A DNA stretch of 63,458 nt, counting the filler, from Thelocarpon superellum (Eukaryota), in the NCBI GenBank assembly GCA_026025795.1. It is 6 parts of 6 records of this genome, joined end to end, with 100 filler letters (N's around TTAATTAATTAA, not from the genome) between each part and the next. Parts side by side here need not be neighbours in the genome. Positions count along the whole stretch, not along the records: positions 21,302 to 31,829 come from JAPEUG010000526.1; positions 31,930 to 42,428 come from JAPEUG010000527.1; 4 more parts are not named here. One strand, written 5' to 3'. A program made the position numbers and the translations under genes. This document shows positions 28,328 through 40,200 of the stretch, piece by piece. The notes under the pieces are model-generated. The model had not been told where the DNA came from. It did not search any database and saw only the letters and a program-made list of their open reading frames with translations. Positions within the stretch are counted from its first letter, which is position 1. Each line of letters opens with the position of its first letter.

Positions 28328-31300
28328 GCCTCGTCACCGAACGCTCGTTCTAATCGCACGGTCTGGGCGTTTTTCGGTCCTCCCTTTGAGTATTTACATC
28401 GGTCAGCAATTCAGCGGAGATCGTAGATCGGGCACACTCTATTTTGGTCCAACCGTAGATGAGTAGAGCATCAGCGTCGGGCGTTCAGGATTCGACCATA
28501 CAATAAGCAAGAATAACTCGAAACGCTCAACTACTACTAGTACTGTACGAGTGTACTCGTTTCAGGAGCCATTCCTTCTCGTGACCGCAAATATGGTCTC
28601 CACAGGCGAGGTAGACTTCTCATTTCTGGCTGGTCTCGTAGGTCACGGGCCGTCGTTGTTGCGGGCGGCCGCATAAAATGTCTTGCGTCATTCGCCGGCA
28701 CGCATTTCTTCGGCTCCACGCAAAGTGATCTTCCTTCTCGCCAAGCCTTTTCCCACCTAACGAGCCGTTGGATGTGCCCACGGGTTATAATATTCCAGAA
28801 GTAACGGTGACTCTCGTCTATGGATGCGAGCGTTGTGGGAGGGTGGGGTAGCGAAGTAATCGCTTGCGCTGCGATGATGATCTATTCCACGCTCATCCAC
28901 ATCACGCGCCGCATCGAGATCGGTCTCTATGCCAAGGCCGATCCTCTGCCTCGCAACAAATGGTGGCGTCAACGCATGACTATGGTACGTGGTTGAGGCG
29001 ACGGATGCGGAGGAACACACCGCGGGCGAAACGAGCGAAGAGGGGGATGTCGACTGAGGCGACCCGAGCCCTTACCGCTCATCCCCTACGGTATCTCCAA
29101 CAACGGGACGACGACATACATGACTAGTAGTCACGACGTGCACCCTGGTCTGCCAAGGAGGGATGGTTTCCAGAGCCTTGCGAGCACGCGCATGGTATAT
29201 TGGGAGCCATCCGGTCGACGTACGAGTAGTGACTGATGCGACCGGGAAACATGTTTGGTGGAAAGCGTGCCGGTGACCACCACCACCGTCATCATGAGGC
29301 CGGGCGATTCCTCGCATTGAGCACGCTCAACGGTGCGATGCTCAATGCGTTTATCCACCGTCTGAGCCTATCAGCATGTCGATTCAGTTTGGATGCGATC
29401 AACCTATGCGACTTGGCGAAATGGCTAGAGAGCGAAAGGATCGACGTCCTGGGCGACCATGCACGGCGAGAAATCCGGGGACCCATATCCGCTTCGTCCG
29501 GAGCGAGGGCACCCGTGCTATCAATAGGTCTCGTGGCTCCATCCTAATCGAATCGGTAAATTACTTGCGCGGACCGTAGTCGCTTCAACTGGTGATCATG
29601 GCTGATCCTCGAAGATGAGTCGGTGGATAGGGGAAGCCTTCGCGGCTGCCACCAGATTTCGCCATATTCACGTACGAAGGACCATCTTCAGATCTGCTCG
29701 TCTACTATCTCCCGGCGGCCGGGCCGGGCGAAAGAATCAATCCGGGAGTCGGCGATGCCAAGCAACATCACCAACCCTTGGCAGACGGGTCGCGCAGGGT
29801 CCAATATCTACACAACAAAAGACCAGCGTGGTAATCTTGGTGGTCACGTTATGGTTTCAGGTGTTTCTGAACAACTGGGGTTCCTGGGTGGGTCAGCGTT
29901 GGTCAACGTTGGTCACCGTTGGAGTTTGGTGCGACCATTATTCCCGGGTGCCGGGGTCATTTGACTGGCCCCTGAGAGCCACTGTAGTTTGAGATTTCCG
30001 CTTATTTGTTTGTGATCCCCGGGTGGGTCCAACGGGCGTACCCCGGACCCTCCCCAGTCGTCCCTTGTCTCTACGAACACTTGTACCAGAACAGAACTGC
30101 TGCTGTTCTCGGACGGCCAAAGAAAATCCGGATGAGCGTATCAAGATCGTCCATGAATGCAACCTGATCCAAGATGCGTCGCTGCCATCCAGCCGTCCGC
30201 GAGCAAGACAAGAGAATCCAAAGGCTCGCCTCACACTACTCCTTACTAAACCACCGTGAGAGCGCACGAGCACCCGGGCCTCAGGCTAATAAGGCCGGGG
30301 TGGTGGAGTGGAGATTGGCGTTGGCGCGTGGCGGTTGTGGGAGCGTGCAGGCTACTGCAACCCACTACTCGCTAGGACTACTGACGGGGCAAGGTGATTA
30401 CGCCTCCAGAGGTACCGATGCGCCAAAGATATGTGGGCCAACACCTCTGGGTCCCGCTACCGAGATACTGTAATGCGTCGGTCATGATTACGACGCCCGG
30501 CCACTCAGGTACCCGCACCCCGACCGGCCATCCAGCCGACAAGCGAATGAGCTTCCAACGTGCTCAGCCCCAACGTGCAGTCACCGTCCTTCCGCTGGGG
30601 ATACGGGGCCCATTGCCACACTTGGTTATCTCGCCGCGCCGCTGGCTGCTCCAAGAGAACATGCTCCGTACTCGCGCAGTACTCGTAGTGGTGTCGTAGC
30701 CGGGTGGACGGGTCCAGGCACGGTGGGAAACGAAGCAAACACCCTCTTGAAGGGCGGGTGGTTCCCCAGTCGCGCGGACGAGGACGAAGACTGGTGGTGG
30801 TGGTCGATCTCGCGGTGAAACTTCGGCTCGTCTACCTAATAAGAGGGGGATTGCACTACGACAAGGCCGGCGCACGGCGAGGATGAAAGAGGTCGTGCGG
30901 GTATGGGGCAGATGGACGTTGCTTGCCCGACTGGTCGACTCGTCGACGGCCGAGACGCGCGGGGCCTCGGGTGGCGGTTGGGGTAGGAGGCCGCGGGTGT
31001 AGGAGTGGACATCAGAGGAGCTGGGGGAGCGCATTGACGATCGCCAATCATTCGTCAGATTGGCCACGAGTCTTCCGAGTCTAGCTCGCTTTCCAGGGGC
31101 TGGAGGCGAAATTAACCTACGGGACCGCGGCCAGCACACTTACTTTGTGTCGACTTGTGCTCTCACGAGGGTTGTCTGGTTTCATGCTAGGTAATTTGGC
31201 AGCGGCTGGATGGCGCTGGAACGCCCCGGCCGGCGTAGCGGCGTGGCGCCGGTGGGCGTAACGTGAGAGATTTCTTTCATGCTGTGGTCTTTATACGCCC

Positions 31301-31692
31301 GACTCCCTTTCAGTCCCGTCGTTGTCATCTCGTTGCGTCGACAGCCGTCGCCAGTCTGCAACGACCTTCGTTTCCCTCCCTCCCTCCCAGCGCTCAGTTC
31401 GCTGTCACTCATTCTTCGCACTTTCACTCCTTCAAGTGCGGAGGCCCACGATCCTTGACTGACTTTCACGCTCGCTGTCTTTGTCTTCCGCTCCCTTCGA
31501 CAAACATCCACAGGGCTCGGTGCCATTCTTAAGCGCCGCTTATCCACCCTTGATTCTGCTGTCCTCGACCCGGCAATTGGGCTTGCACGAGCGTCTGTCA
31601 CAAGGGCCTCTGGAGATCTGTGATCCCAGGACACTTGGACTTGTCTCCCAGAACCCCTCTGACGCTCCTGTACTCCCGCCCGCCTCGACAAC

Positions 31693-31829
31693 ATGCATTC
31701 CTCGGTGTTTGTCTCCGCGATCTTTGCGGCTCTGGCTTTGGCCTCGCCCATCAAGCGCGCTGAAGTGCTCGACGTCGTGCAGGAGATTGAAATCGTGACC
31801 GTCACCGCCGGCATCCCCCCCACTTCCAC
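31693..31829 (+). CDS. N-terminus of a secreted protein, truncated by contig end (CAP/PRY- or Asp f 7/RlpA-like leader possible)
   Basis: Signal peptide MHSSVFVSAIFAALALA-SPIKR (Kex2-like KR) followed by a V-rich 'IVTVTAG' stretch. Family cannot be fixed from this fragment. Confidence 0.7.
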
Positions 31830-31929
31830 NNNNNNNNNNNNNNNNNNNNNNNNNNNNNNNNNNNNNNNNNNNNTTAATTAATTAANNNNNNNNNNNNNNN
31901 NNNNNNNNNNNNNNNNNNNNNNNNNNNNN
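31830..31929. other. Artificial contig-join spacer
   Basis: 44N-TTAATTAATTAA-44N. Confidence 0.97.
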
Positions 31930-32125
31930 CATGAGACGACCAGGCGGCCACCTGAAAGAGAAAACCAGCCAGACCCACGTGACGCGTCCACACCGTGACC
32001 TAAGAAGCTGCTTTGTCGATGAACCCCGCCGACACGCTGTCCATCGGCCAAAGCATTGCCCAATGAAGCCGCATCCTTTCCGTGAGGACCTCGAGTCCTC
32101 GTTCCGCGCTGCCAATCGTAAGGGA

Positions 32126-33064
32126 TCATGAGAGAAGTGCCGTCAGCACCGTTTCGTCGGAGAGGCATTCCTCAAACAGGTAGTCGAGGTCGTCGCGATC
32201 GTCACGGTCGTCGGCGGTGGCATACCCGGCGGCAATGCGGGCGAACTCAGCCTCGATCTCGGCGTCGATGGCGGAGTTGGAGGAGTCGAAGCGAGTGTCG
32301 CGCTCGTACGAGACCTGGCTCTGGCTCCTAAACGATCCGAGGCGATAGCGCTGGGCGAGGGGTGACGTGGGCGGCATGGCGTCCTCATCCGCTTCTTCGT
32401 CGATCACGCGCAGACCCAGTCCCACGGGCTTGGTGAAGTTGGTGACGGTGATGACGGTCTCGACGATGCGCTCCTCCGCGGCTGCCAGTCTCGCCGCCGC
32501 GGCACGTTTCTCTTTGGCGGCGCGCTTTTGCTCGGCGGCAAAGTCCTCGTCGACGTACCACTCTTCGTCTTCGGGCTCGTCGAGATGGGCGCTGGTGGGA
32601 TGCGTAAATCGGCACTCTTTCGGGTAGCTGCACACGCTCCCACAGTCTCGCACGGGCGAGAGCGGTTTTCCATCCTTCTGCCAGTCGCGCCAATGCGCCC
32701 AGCCGGAGTAGTCAAAGTCCATGGCGCACACTTGATGGCGCTTCTTCTTCTGGCGGCGCACGCGCTTCTCCGAGCCAGATTGGCAGAACACGTGGCCGTC
32801 CTTGAGACATCGCCGAGTGGCGCCGAGTGGATAGGAAAATTCACAGGCGTGGCACGTCCAGCGCCAGGCGCTGGGTTCAAAGGGGGGGAATCCAAGGTCA
32901 GCCGCTGAGGTAGGGACGGCTGGCGTGCCTGGCGAGGTCGGCGATGCAGTGAAAGGAACGACAGGAGAAATGGGACCAGACCACATGCGAAGGGGAGAAG
33001 GCTTGCGTGGCACCGTTGAGCCTTTCATGCCAAAAAGGCCCGCGGCGACGTGCTGGGAGACCAT
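32126..33064 (-). CDS. Uncharacterised fungal protein with Cys/His-rich putative zinc-binding domain
   Basis: WRWTCHAC...RRCLKDGHVFC...CAMDFDYSGW...DCGSVCSYPKEC; long ORF with high GC3; first ATG at 33064. Confidence 0.75.
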   Translation of the reverse strand: MVSQHVAAGLFGMKGSTVPRKPSPLRMWSGPISPVVPFTASPTSPGTPAVPTSAADLGFPPFEPSAWRWTCHACEFSYPLGATRRCLKDGHVFCQSGSEKRVRRQKKKRHQVCAMDFDYSGWAHWRDWQKDGKPLSPVRDCGSVCSYPKECRFTHPTSAHLDEPEDEEWYVDEDFAAEQKRAAKEKRAAAARLAAAEERIVETVITVTNFTKPVGLGLRVIDEEADEDAMPPTSPLAQRYRLGSFRSQSQVSYERDTRFDSSNSAIDAEIEAEFARIAAGYATADDRDDRDDLDYLFEECLSDETVLTALLS

Positions 33065-33989
33065 GGTGGAACCACTAAGGTAGAGGGGGCTATGCTTTGT
33101 GTGTGTCACGAAACGAGGAGCCGACGAGCTGCTGGCGGCCTTGACCTGACGAGCGGGATACGATGCAGAATAAATCCACGGATGGACGGAGGATGTACCG
33201 GCCAAGCCCCTTCTCAAGACGATTTGTTGAGTCGGACCACTGGGTGGACGCGAGAGGTGGAAGGAGGCTATGGGTGGAGCAAAGCACCATGAGAAGAATG
33301 GGAGCAAGAGGAAGAGGGACGAGCAAGGCGGTGGTTGAAAGACAAGGACAATGCAACCTCCATTGTTCTCGATCGGCCTCGACGTGAGCGAGGGCTAGTC
33401 CCGAACGAGGTTGTTTCCTAGAAGAATGGAAGAGGCTGGAGGTCATGATCATTCACTGCTTGGAAAAGTGGGCCAACGGCATTGTAGAGTTCCGGAGACG
33501 TCATTCCATCGGTGCACATAAGGGCCCCTTCAACGCACCAGCGGCAAGAGCTGCCCGGACACAATGGCTTGCCAACGCATCTGGCCTCGATACACATCTG
33601 CAGAGCGACGCTCTCGTCGTTGGCTGGGGATACAAGCGGTGTGCAAAACATCGCCAACATCAGTGATGCTAAATGTGTCTTCACGCGAAGGCTTGATTTT
33701 CCTCAGTCATCATCGCGTCCCGATTTCGATTGCCTGGACCGTGCCGGCTGTGAGAGCAAGTGTGAACGACGGTTGCATTTCCGTCAATCAAGGCGGCTGA
33801 AGAATACTTACGCAGGCGCCACACTAGCCTCATCCCGACTTGCGGCTAACACTCTTGTCGCGGGTTGTGATCCTGTGCCCGGCGCCATCCAGTGGCGATT
33901 TGCCATCTTCCGTCCAGGATGTGAAGCTCTCCTTGGTCCTCCGGTCTGCTAGAGTGGATTTTTCTCCAAGCTCCGCCACGTCGTGGTTC

Positions 33990-35023
33990 TCAAGTTCGGT
34001 CGGGGTATTTGCAAGATCTTTCCTTCTCTGGGTCGCCCATCTCCACATACGCTCGCTGATGCAGTGGCACGGCACAATGTTGGCAGAACGCTGGGCGAGC
34101 CGCGGCTTCGGTCATAATGAGCTGCTGCTGCTTGCTTTGCTCCCAATAGGCACGCGCCACGGTCATCTCGGTCCGGACTCGCTTGTTCCGGACGTCGGTC
34201 TCGCGGCAGGCAAGCACAAAGAGCACGAAGTGAAGAGCACTGTCACCCAGACAGTCAGCTCCGCACTTGGTGGCGAGCTTGAGGTCGGGTACCAGGCGAG
34301 GTAGGCTGAGACGGTCACCGCTCCTTCCAAGGAACACAAAGATTCCGGTATGTCAGGCGCATGAGCGCGAACCGCGTGAGACATGGAGGTCAAGAAGAAG
34401 GCGTTCATGAAGAGGCCCAGCCAGGCAATCAGCTCGGCTGCGACCACTCCCCCGGGGGGAATTGGCCAAGAGGTCGAATACTGCACGCAGAAGGTGATGA
34501 TGTTCCAGAGAAGAGACCAGCCGGGCTGGATGGTCAGCGAGTGGCGCGAGCAGGGGTGCGTAGAGGAGGGTATACCCCAAGGAAGGCACAGCCAACGACT
34601 AGAACTGCCGCGAGCATGTAGTCGTCATTAGGAAAGGTCATTTCCTGCTGAAGCTGAATCTCCATGACCAAGGCGGGAATCAAACAGATACCGGCGATGG
34701 TTGACAGTAGAAAGGCAGTCATTCGCACCACGACCTTGCCGGTCCAGCAGGAATCACGGTGGCGGAGAGCATCTCGTCGGGAGGGCCGTTCCGGCTCCCG
34801 GTCGAGCGTCAACAGGGTAGAGAGATGCCTTGCCCTTCCCGAGCGCGATACGACACGGAAGAAGATTGAAAGAGAGGATAGAGGCAAATGTTCCCGGCCA
34901 GGGGCTGTGTCTTCCTTAGCCTTACGAAAGCTTGGACGCAGGGCTGGCCACCGCCGGTCAAGTCAATCCGGAGGACTCACTCACGCCTGGGCTCGTCAGT
35001 GAGTCCTCCGGAGGCAGTGCCAT
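33990..35023 (-). CDS. Fungal 4-TM membrane protein (MARVEL-like topology), intron-split
   Basis: Splicing introns 34575-34526 and 34292-34240 gives WTGKVVVR...GPGWSLLWNIITF...IPPGGVVAAELIAWLG...ALHFVLFVLACRETDVRN. The 5' exon (ATG 35023, intron 34980-34905) is tentative; ATG 34722 is an alternative start. Confidence 0.72.
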
Positions 35024-35936
35024 CCTGATCCTGCCCGACTGGATGGGCCAAGGAAAGGCGGATGGTGCGTGATGGATAGCATAGGATCGTGGGAGCCTAG
35101 TGCGTCCGGCAACAGCAGGAGGTGGTGCAGGCCTTCCAGCGCTCTCGGGCCAAACTCCACTGCCGAGCGCCACACCCGGCATGAAGGATTATTGCAGGAA
35201 AATAGGCGAACACGCTCTGCCCGCCAACACAAGTATTTCGTACATCGTGTCAGCTGGATGACCCACTCACCTTCACGCGTGACGCAAGACGGCCGTCTCA
35301 TCAAGCATGATCCTGCGCGTCCCTCATACACGCGACAGGCTCGTTGACCTGCGTAGAAGACGGTCGATGCTGAAACTTCGTCGGCGCGGGCTTGACCGCC
35401 TCGGGCGTAGTAGCGTTCCCACACCCGCCCCGCATGCGCTTAGACTTCTACGCTTTGGCGCACCATTAATATAATGGACGAACAATATACCACGCTTCTT
35501 ATCGACGATGCACTGCACCGATACCATGCACAAACTAATCCCCAGCATCATGCGTACGATATTGATCTGATGGTAGTGACGAGGCTGTACCCTCCGTACC
35601 ATTGCGCGTTTTCCTGTTTGCTGTCGTTCCTCGACAGATGCTTAATCCCTTCTTCCTGTGCTTCCGCGCCCTATACCTACGCCCCGTCATATCGTAGGAG
35701 CGCAGCACAGCCATCTCTCATCCGATCCTTATGAATCCGTCAGCTGGTAGCCATACGGGAAGGGTAGGAAGGTGCTCGAGATACATAAGGCCGCCGTGAC
35801 TCTCCACCACAATCTACAAATCTCCCATTCAGCCAACTCCCACTCGCCCACTCACACCTATTCCATCCGCATTCACCGTACGCTCCTTTTCCTCGAAGGC
35901 ACATCTTTGAGCCCCTGGCCCCCACGCTCTCTCGAA

Positions 35937-36742
35937 ATGAAGGCCAAAACCTCGGTTGTTCTTGCGAGCAGCATGCTCTTCGGCGCCGCCCACGTCGCCG
36001 CCGTCTCCATGGATAAATACGAGAACGGGACGCCCTTCCTTCTGTGGAGCTCGGTGCAGCAAATGAACGAGTCCGACTCCGAATTTGATCAACTCTACGG
36101 TGCGCAGGCCCTCCCCAGACCACAACTCTCCTCTTGATAGGATAGGTGAACGCTAACACGGCCGGATCCAGTCTCATGTAACTCCTCCCTCGTCCCCTCA
36201 ACCACCATCTCTCCGATGAAAGCAAGGCGCTAACAGACACAGACAACGTGGCGACGAAAGGACTCGTGCTGGTGCCCTACCAGAACGAATCCAGCACGTT
36301 CGTGATCAACAACACGCGTCTTGCCATCGCCGGCAGCGACCCTGCGCTCTTCGTGAATCTGTACCCGCACGGCACGAACATCTCGGCCTTCGACAACGGC
36401 TCGGTCACCGCCCTGAGCCCCGCCACAGGGCTCGACATGGCGCCGGACGGCCCAGGCGACTTCCGCAGCCTCGTCCTCAGCACGGACCCGGACACCCCGG
36501 GCGCTGATCCCACGGAGCAATACGGCGTGGTCCTCGATGGCGCCCGCTTCTGCTCCTGGGGCGCTTGCAAGCCCGATGCCGTCGAAACCTCCCAGGCGGC
36601 CGCCGACCGTGATGCGGGATTTCCTGTCTTCTGGCAGCGTTGCCCGTCCAGCATCGTCGCCGTCCCAGGCTGTGCGACTATGTTTTTCCGCACGCAGGAT
36701 ACGCCGCAGAATGGAAAGCAGACTGTACAGGCGCAGAAGTGA
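35937..36742 (+). CDS. Small secreted hypothetical protein
   Basis: Signal peptide MKAKTSVVLASSMLFGAAHVAA; introns 36100-36171 and 36178-36242 join exon 1 in frame to ORF 36248-36742 (4 Cys, several N-glycosylation sequons). Confidence 0.75.
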
Positions 36743-37219
36743 GCGCTGAACATGGAGGAAAAGTGAGGTGATGTCTTGTCGTGTTTGAAGGGAGTGTGCG
36801 TTGCTAGAGGCAGAGGGATGCGATGGAGGTCGGTCGGCCATCGTTGCATGCAAACGGATGGAAAGATCAAGGTTGTTTTTCAAGAGTTGGGTATAAGAAT
36901 ATCTCGCGAGTGCAATACAAATAGAACAGAGCTGCATCGATGTCAAAGTCTGATCATCAAACGCAAGCCGGGTATAGGGATAGAAAGACGCCCGATGCCG
37001 GGTGGGTATGTCGCTCGCTCCCGCCATGCATGAATGAGAACTCCGCCCCTCATCCCGAATCTCCAAGCTTCCATCGACTCAACGCTATTTATCCACGCTC
37101 CGTTCTAGCAATTCATAAAGCCGTTGCCCTTGGCACCGTGATCCAAGTTCCGACCGCTCTCGCGCGTATTCTAGCGCCTTGTTTGGGTCTGTTGCGTCCG
37201 TGCATCAAAGTGGCACGCC

Positions 37220-40200
37220 TCACAGATCAATCACGTCAATCTCAGAGAAGTCGGGCGGACTGCGTCGATAGACGACGCGACCCTTGTGATCGAGGCCCGT
37301 GTACTCGTTGCTGATCCAAACGTGCTTGCTGACGAGCTGCGTGCGGGCAATCTCGTCGTCGCTGATGCCCATCTTATCGCGCGGAATCCAGACGACAGGT
37401 CGCTTGGCGCGCAGAGCCTCGTGGAGGAAGGCGCGCTGGATTAGCTTATCGCGCTCGTCGGGGGTGAGATCCTCGATCTCGTCGTTAATGCCATTGAAGA
37501 GGGCGTCGCCGATGGGGTGTGACCGCTGCGCCTCCAGGTCATTCTGGCGGGGCCGTACTTGCTCCTGCGCCGTCGTCCGCGCGTTTTGCGGCCGAAGTGG
37601 ATGCTTCTCCGACTCGGCCGACTGCCGCTTGTTGCGGGAACGCGTGGCCCAGCTCCCTCGGATCGGATTGAGCAGCTGCTGAGGTGAGCGCTTCTGCTGC
37701 TTTCTGGCCTCGATGTTTTGCAGCTCAATCTGCTCGGCCGTGTGCTCCTCGTCGCGCTCGTGCTGCTCCTGCTCTTCGAGCTGATCTTCAATCCCCACGC
37801 CATCTTCCTCTCCCTCCTCGGGATTGTGTCGCCGCCGCTGCTGGAGGGCAAACGCCTCGTCGCGCTCGACCGCGTCGTCCTCGAGCGTAATGGGCAAGTA
37901 GCGGAACAGGGGGCTAAAGGCATCGTTCAAGAGGTACTGGAAGAGAGCAGTGGCGAAGAAGACGACGATCATGATGATGGCCTGTCCTGTGCAGGCCACC
38001 TGGCCCGCCTCATTTCGGACGAGGAAGAAGAGACCGATGAGACAGATCTCCATGAAGTAGAGTCCCGTGAAGAGTTGGTTGATGGCCGTGGGGAAGAGCA
38101 ATCCGCCGGTGTCGAAGCGGAAGCGGGTCACGTAGAGGGTATTGTAGCGGTAGACGAACCAAAAAAGACCAAAGGTGAGGATGTTGAAGATGAGGATGAG
38201 TGGCGAGATGACGGAGTAGATGAGACCGATGGCCGCCAAGTTGGTGTAGACGGGGAAGAAAGTACCCCACGTCACCTGGGGCAGACTCGTTTGACGCTTC
38301 CATTTCTGGCGGGCGGTGCTGTCAAGCAGCGGCGCAAGCACGAACCACGTAATGAGACTGGTAATCTGGACGAGGGCGCCGGCGCTGACGGACAAGGCCT
38401 GGAGCAGCATGTAGGAGAAAAAGTAGTTGCTCGCCTTGGGCAGATTCTGGGCCAGCAGCGAGGGGGCGCTGGTGACGTCGTTGGTCAACTCGGTGATGAC
38501 GGAGGTGATGCCGGAGGAGATGGAGACCACCAGGAAGATCTGGATGAAGGAGAAGGCGAAGTAGTACTGCTGTACGAGGAGCTCGATCCCCATGCCCGTC
38601 TGCACGCCCTGCTGCTTCGCGAGGAAGCGAAGGATGATGGGGAGCAGCGCCATGAGGATGCCGAGAAGGAGCTGAGGCAGGATGCCTTGCACTAGGCTGG
38701 TCAGCCAGGTAGGTAACCGGCCGATCCAGTTCAGCCAAGGGGCCAAGCCCGACAGGTAACTGAGCTGTGACAACAGCCCTGTGAAGGTCACAGGGAAGGC
38801 CCATCCAACAATAAGCGCACCCACGACGACGGTGACGAGCGCGGCCCGAAGGTACCGCTCCCACCATCGAATCGACATGTTGTCCCAGACCACGTCGTCC
38901 GGCGAGATCTCGACCAGACGCGGCGCCATATGTTTTGGCACGTGATGACTCACGGCCTGACACGCCATATGAGCCGCAACCTGGTGGTTAAACTGGACAA
39001 ACGCTGAATTCATGAGGGGGTAGCCCTCCGGGTCTTGCTGATCACGCTCGATCTCGGCATTTAGACGGGCCACCTCGCGCCTGCAATACTTGATCGTGTC
39101 GACCTTTTTCCCCAGAAGGGGGATCGAGGGTAGCCAGGACAAGCCAAAGAGGGGAAGTCGCATTGTGTCCCGATCGGACGGCTTGAGGTAAAGCTCCCAG
39201 GCCGGCTTCCCAGACTTGTCCTCGTCCTCATCGAGAATGGCCGTTTCCACCACGCAATCCCTGCGACTGTCCACGGAAGATTGCCCACCCCTCTCGCCTT
39301 TGTTGGGCGCATCGGGGACGTGGCGTGCGTTGCGCCCGGCGGGCTGAAATCCCGGTCCGTCACTGGCCCCCCCCACCGTGGGCCGAGCCGTTGGAGTCGC
39401 GGGGAGGGGCTTCTGTGGAGGGTCACCTTCGTCTTCCGCCAGGACGAAGCCGCCGTCGGATGTCAAGCGCTCGTCCACGTCCCGGCCGACCTTCTTCAGG
39501 CCAACCACGACGCTCCCTGTCACCCTCTCAAGGCCGCGGCCTACATTCTGCGTGGCGGCCCCCAGGATTGGCACTGGCCGCCGCCGCTCAGGCTCCGTCG
39601 TCCCGGGCTCCGTCGTTCCGGAATCCGGTGGGGAGAAGATTTCCGCGGTGTGATGTCGCACCTGGTGCGGGTTTCCGGCGCTGGACCCCAGCTCCTCGGT
39701 CCCCTTGCCGCCCTCGACGTCGTCGGCGGCGGTGGCGTCCAGGCGTGCCTTCTCTGACTTTGACAGCCGTGTGCCCTCTTTCTTGCTCTCTCCCTGCTCT
39801 CGCTTCCGACGGACGGCATCCGCCTTTTTGATCAGATCCGTCTCGGCAGATTCCAAGGCCCGTGCTAGCTTATCGCGGCGGTCGACCTTGTCGGAGAGGG
39901 CACTGTAATCCCGGTTGATCCAGATGTTGCGGATGCCGCCCGGAAAGACGTCGTAGAGACCATCGAGGGCCTTCAAGGAGAGCCATTTTCGTGGGATGGC
40001 GGTGACGAGGACGGTGGTGGCGGAGGCTCGGAGACGATGTTGGGGAGAGGTGAGGTAGGCCTGCCGTAGGCGGACGTAGCCACGGAGCTCATCGTAGAAG
40101 GTGAAGCAGACGTAGACAACGACGAAGACGGCGAGGACGAGATGGGCCCAGTATCGATTCGTCCGGTCAGGCCGCACGTTCCCCCAGGCGAGGGTATCAA

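Noticed and set aside
28400..31690. Many short ORFs in a 3.3-kb gene-free stretch (likewise 10659-13240)
   Set aside because: No recognisable domains, splice-consistent models or transposon hallmarks; treated as intergenic/promoter DNA.
33418..33684. Cys-rich 88-aa ORF resembling a small secreted peptide
   Set aside because: Starts at GTG; the internal ATG gives no convincing signal peptide and there is no codon-bias support.
37718..38695. Long antisense ORFs (also 19205-20341, 47344-48234, 49313-50437, 58288-59634)
   Set aside because: Shadow ORFs opposite high-GC3 genes; no motifs of their own.
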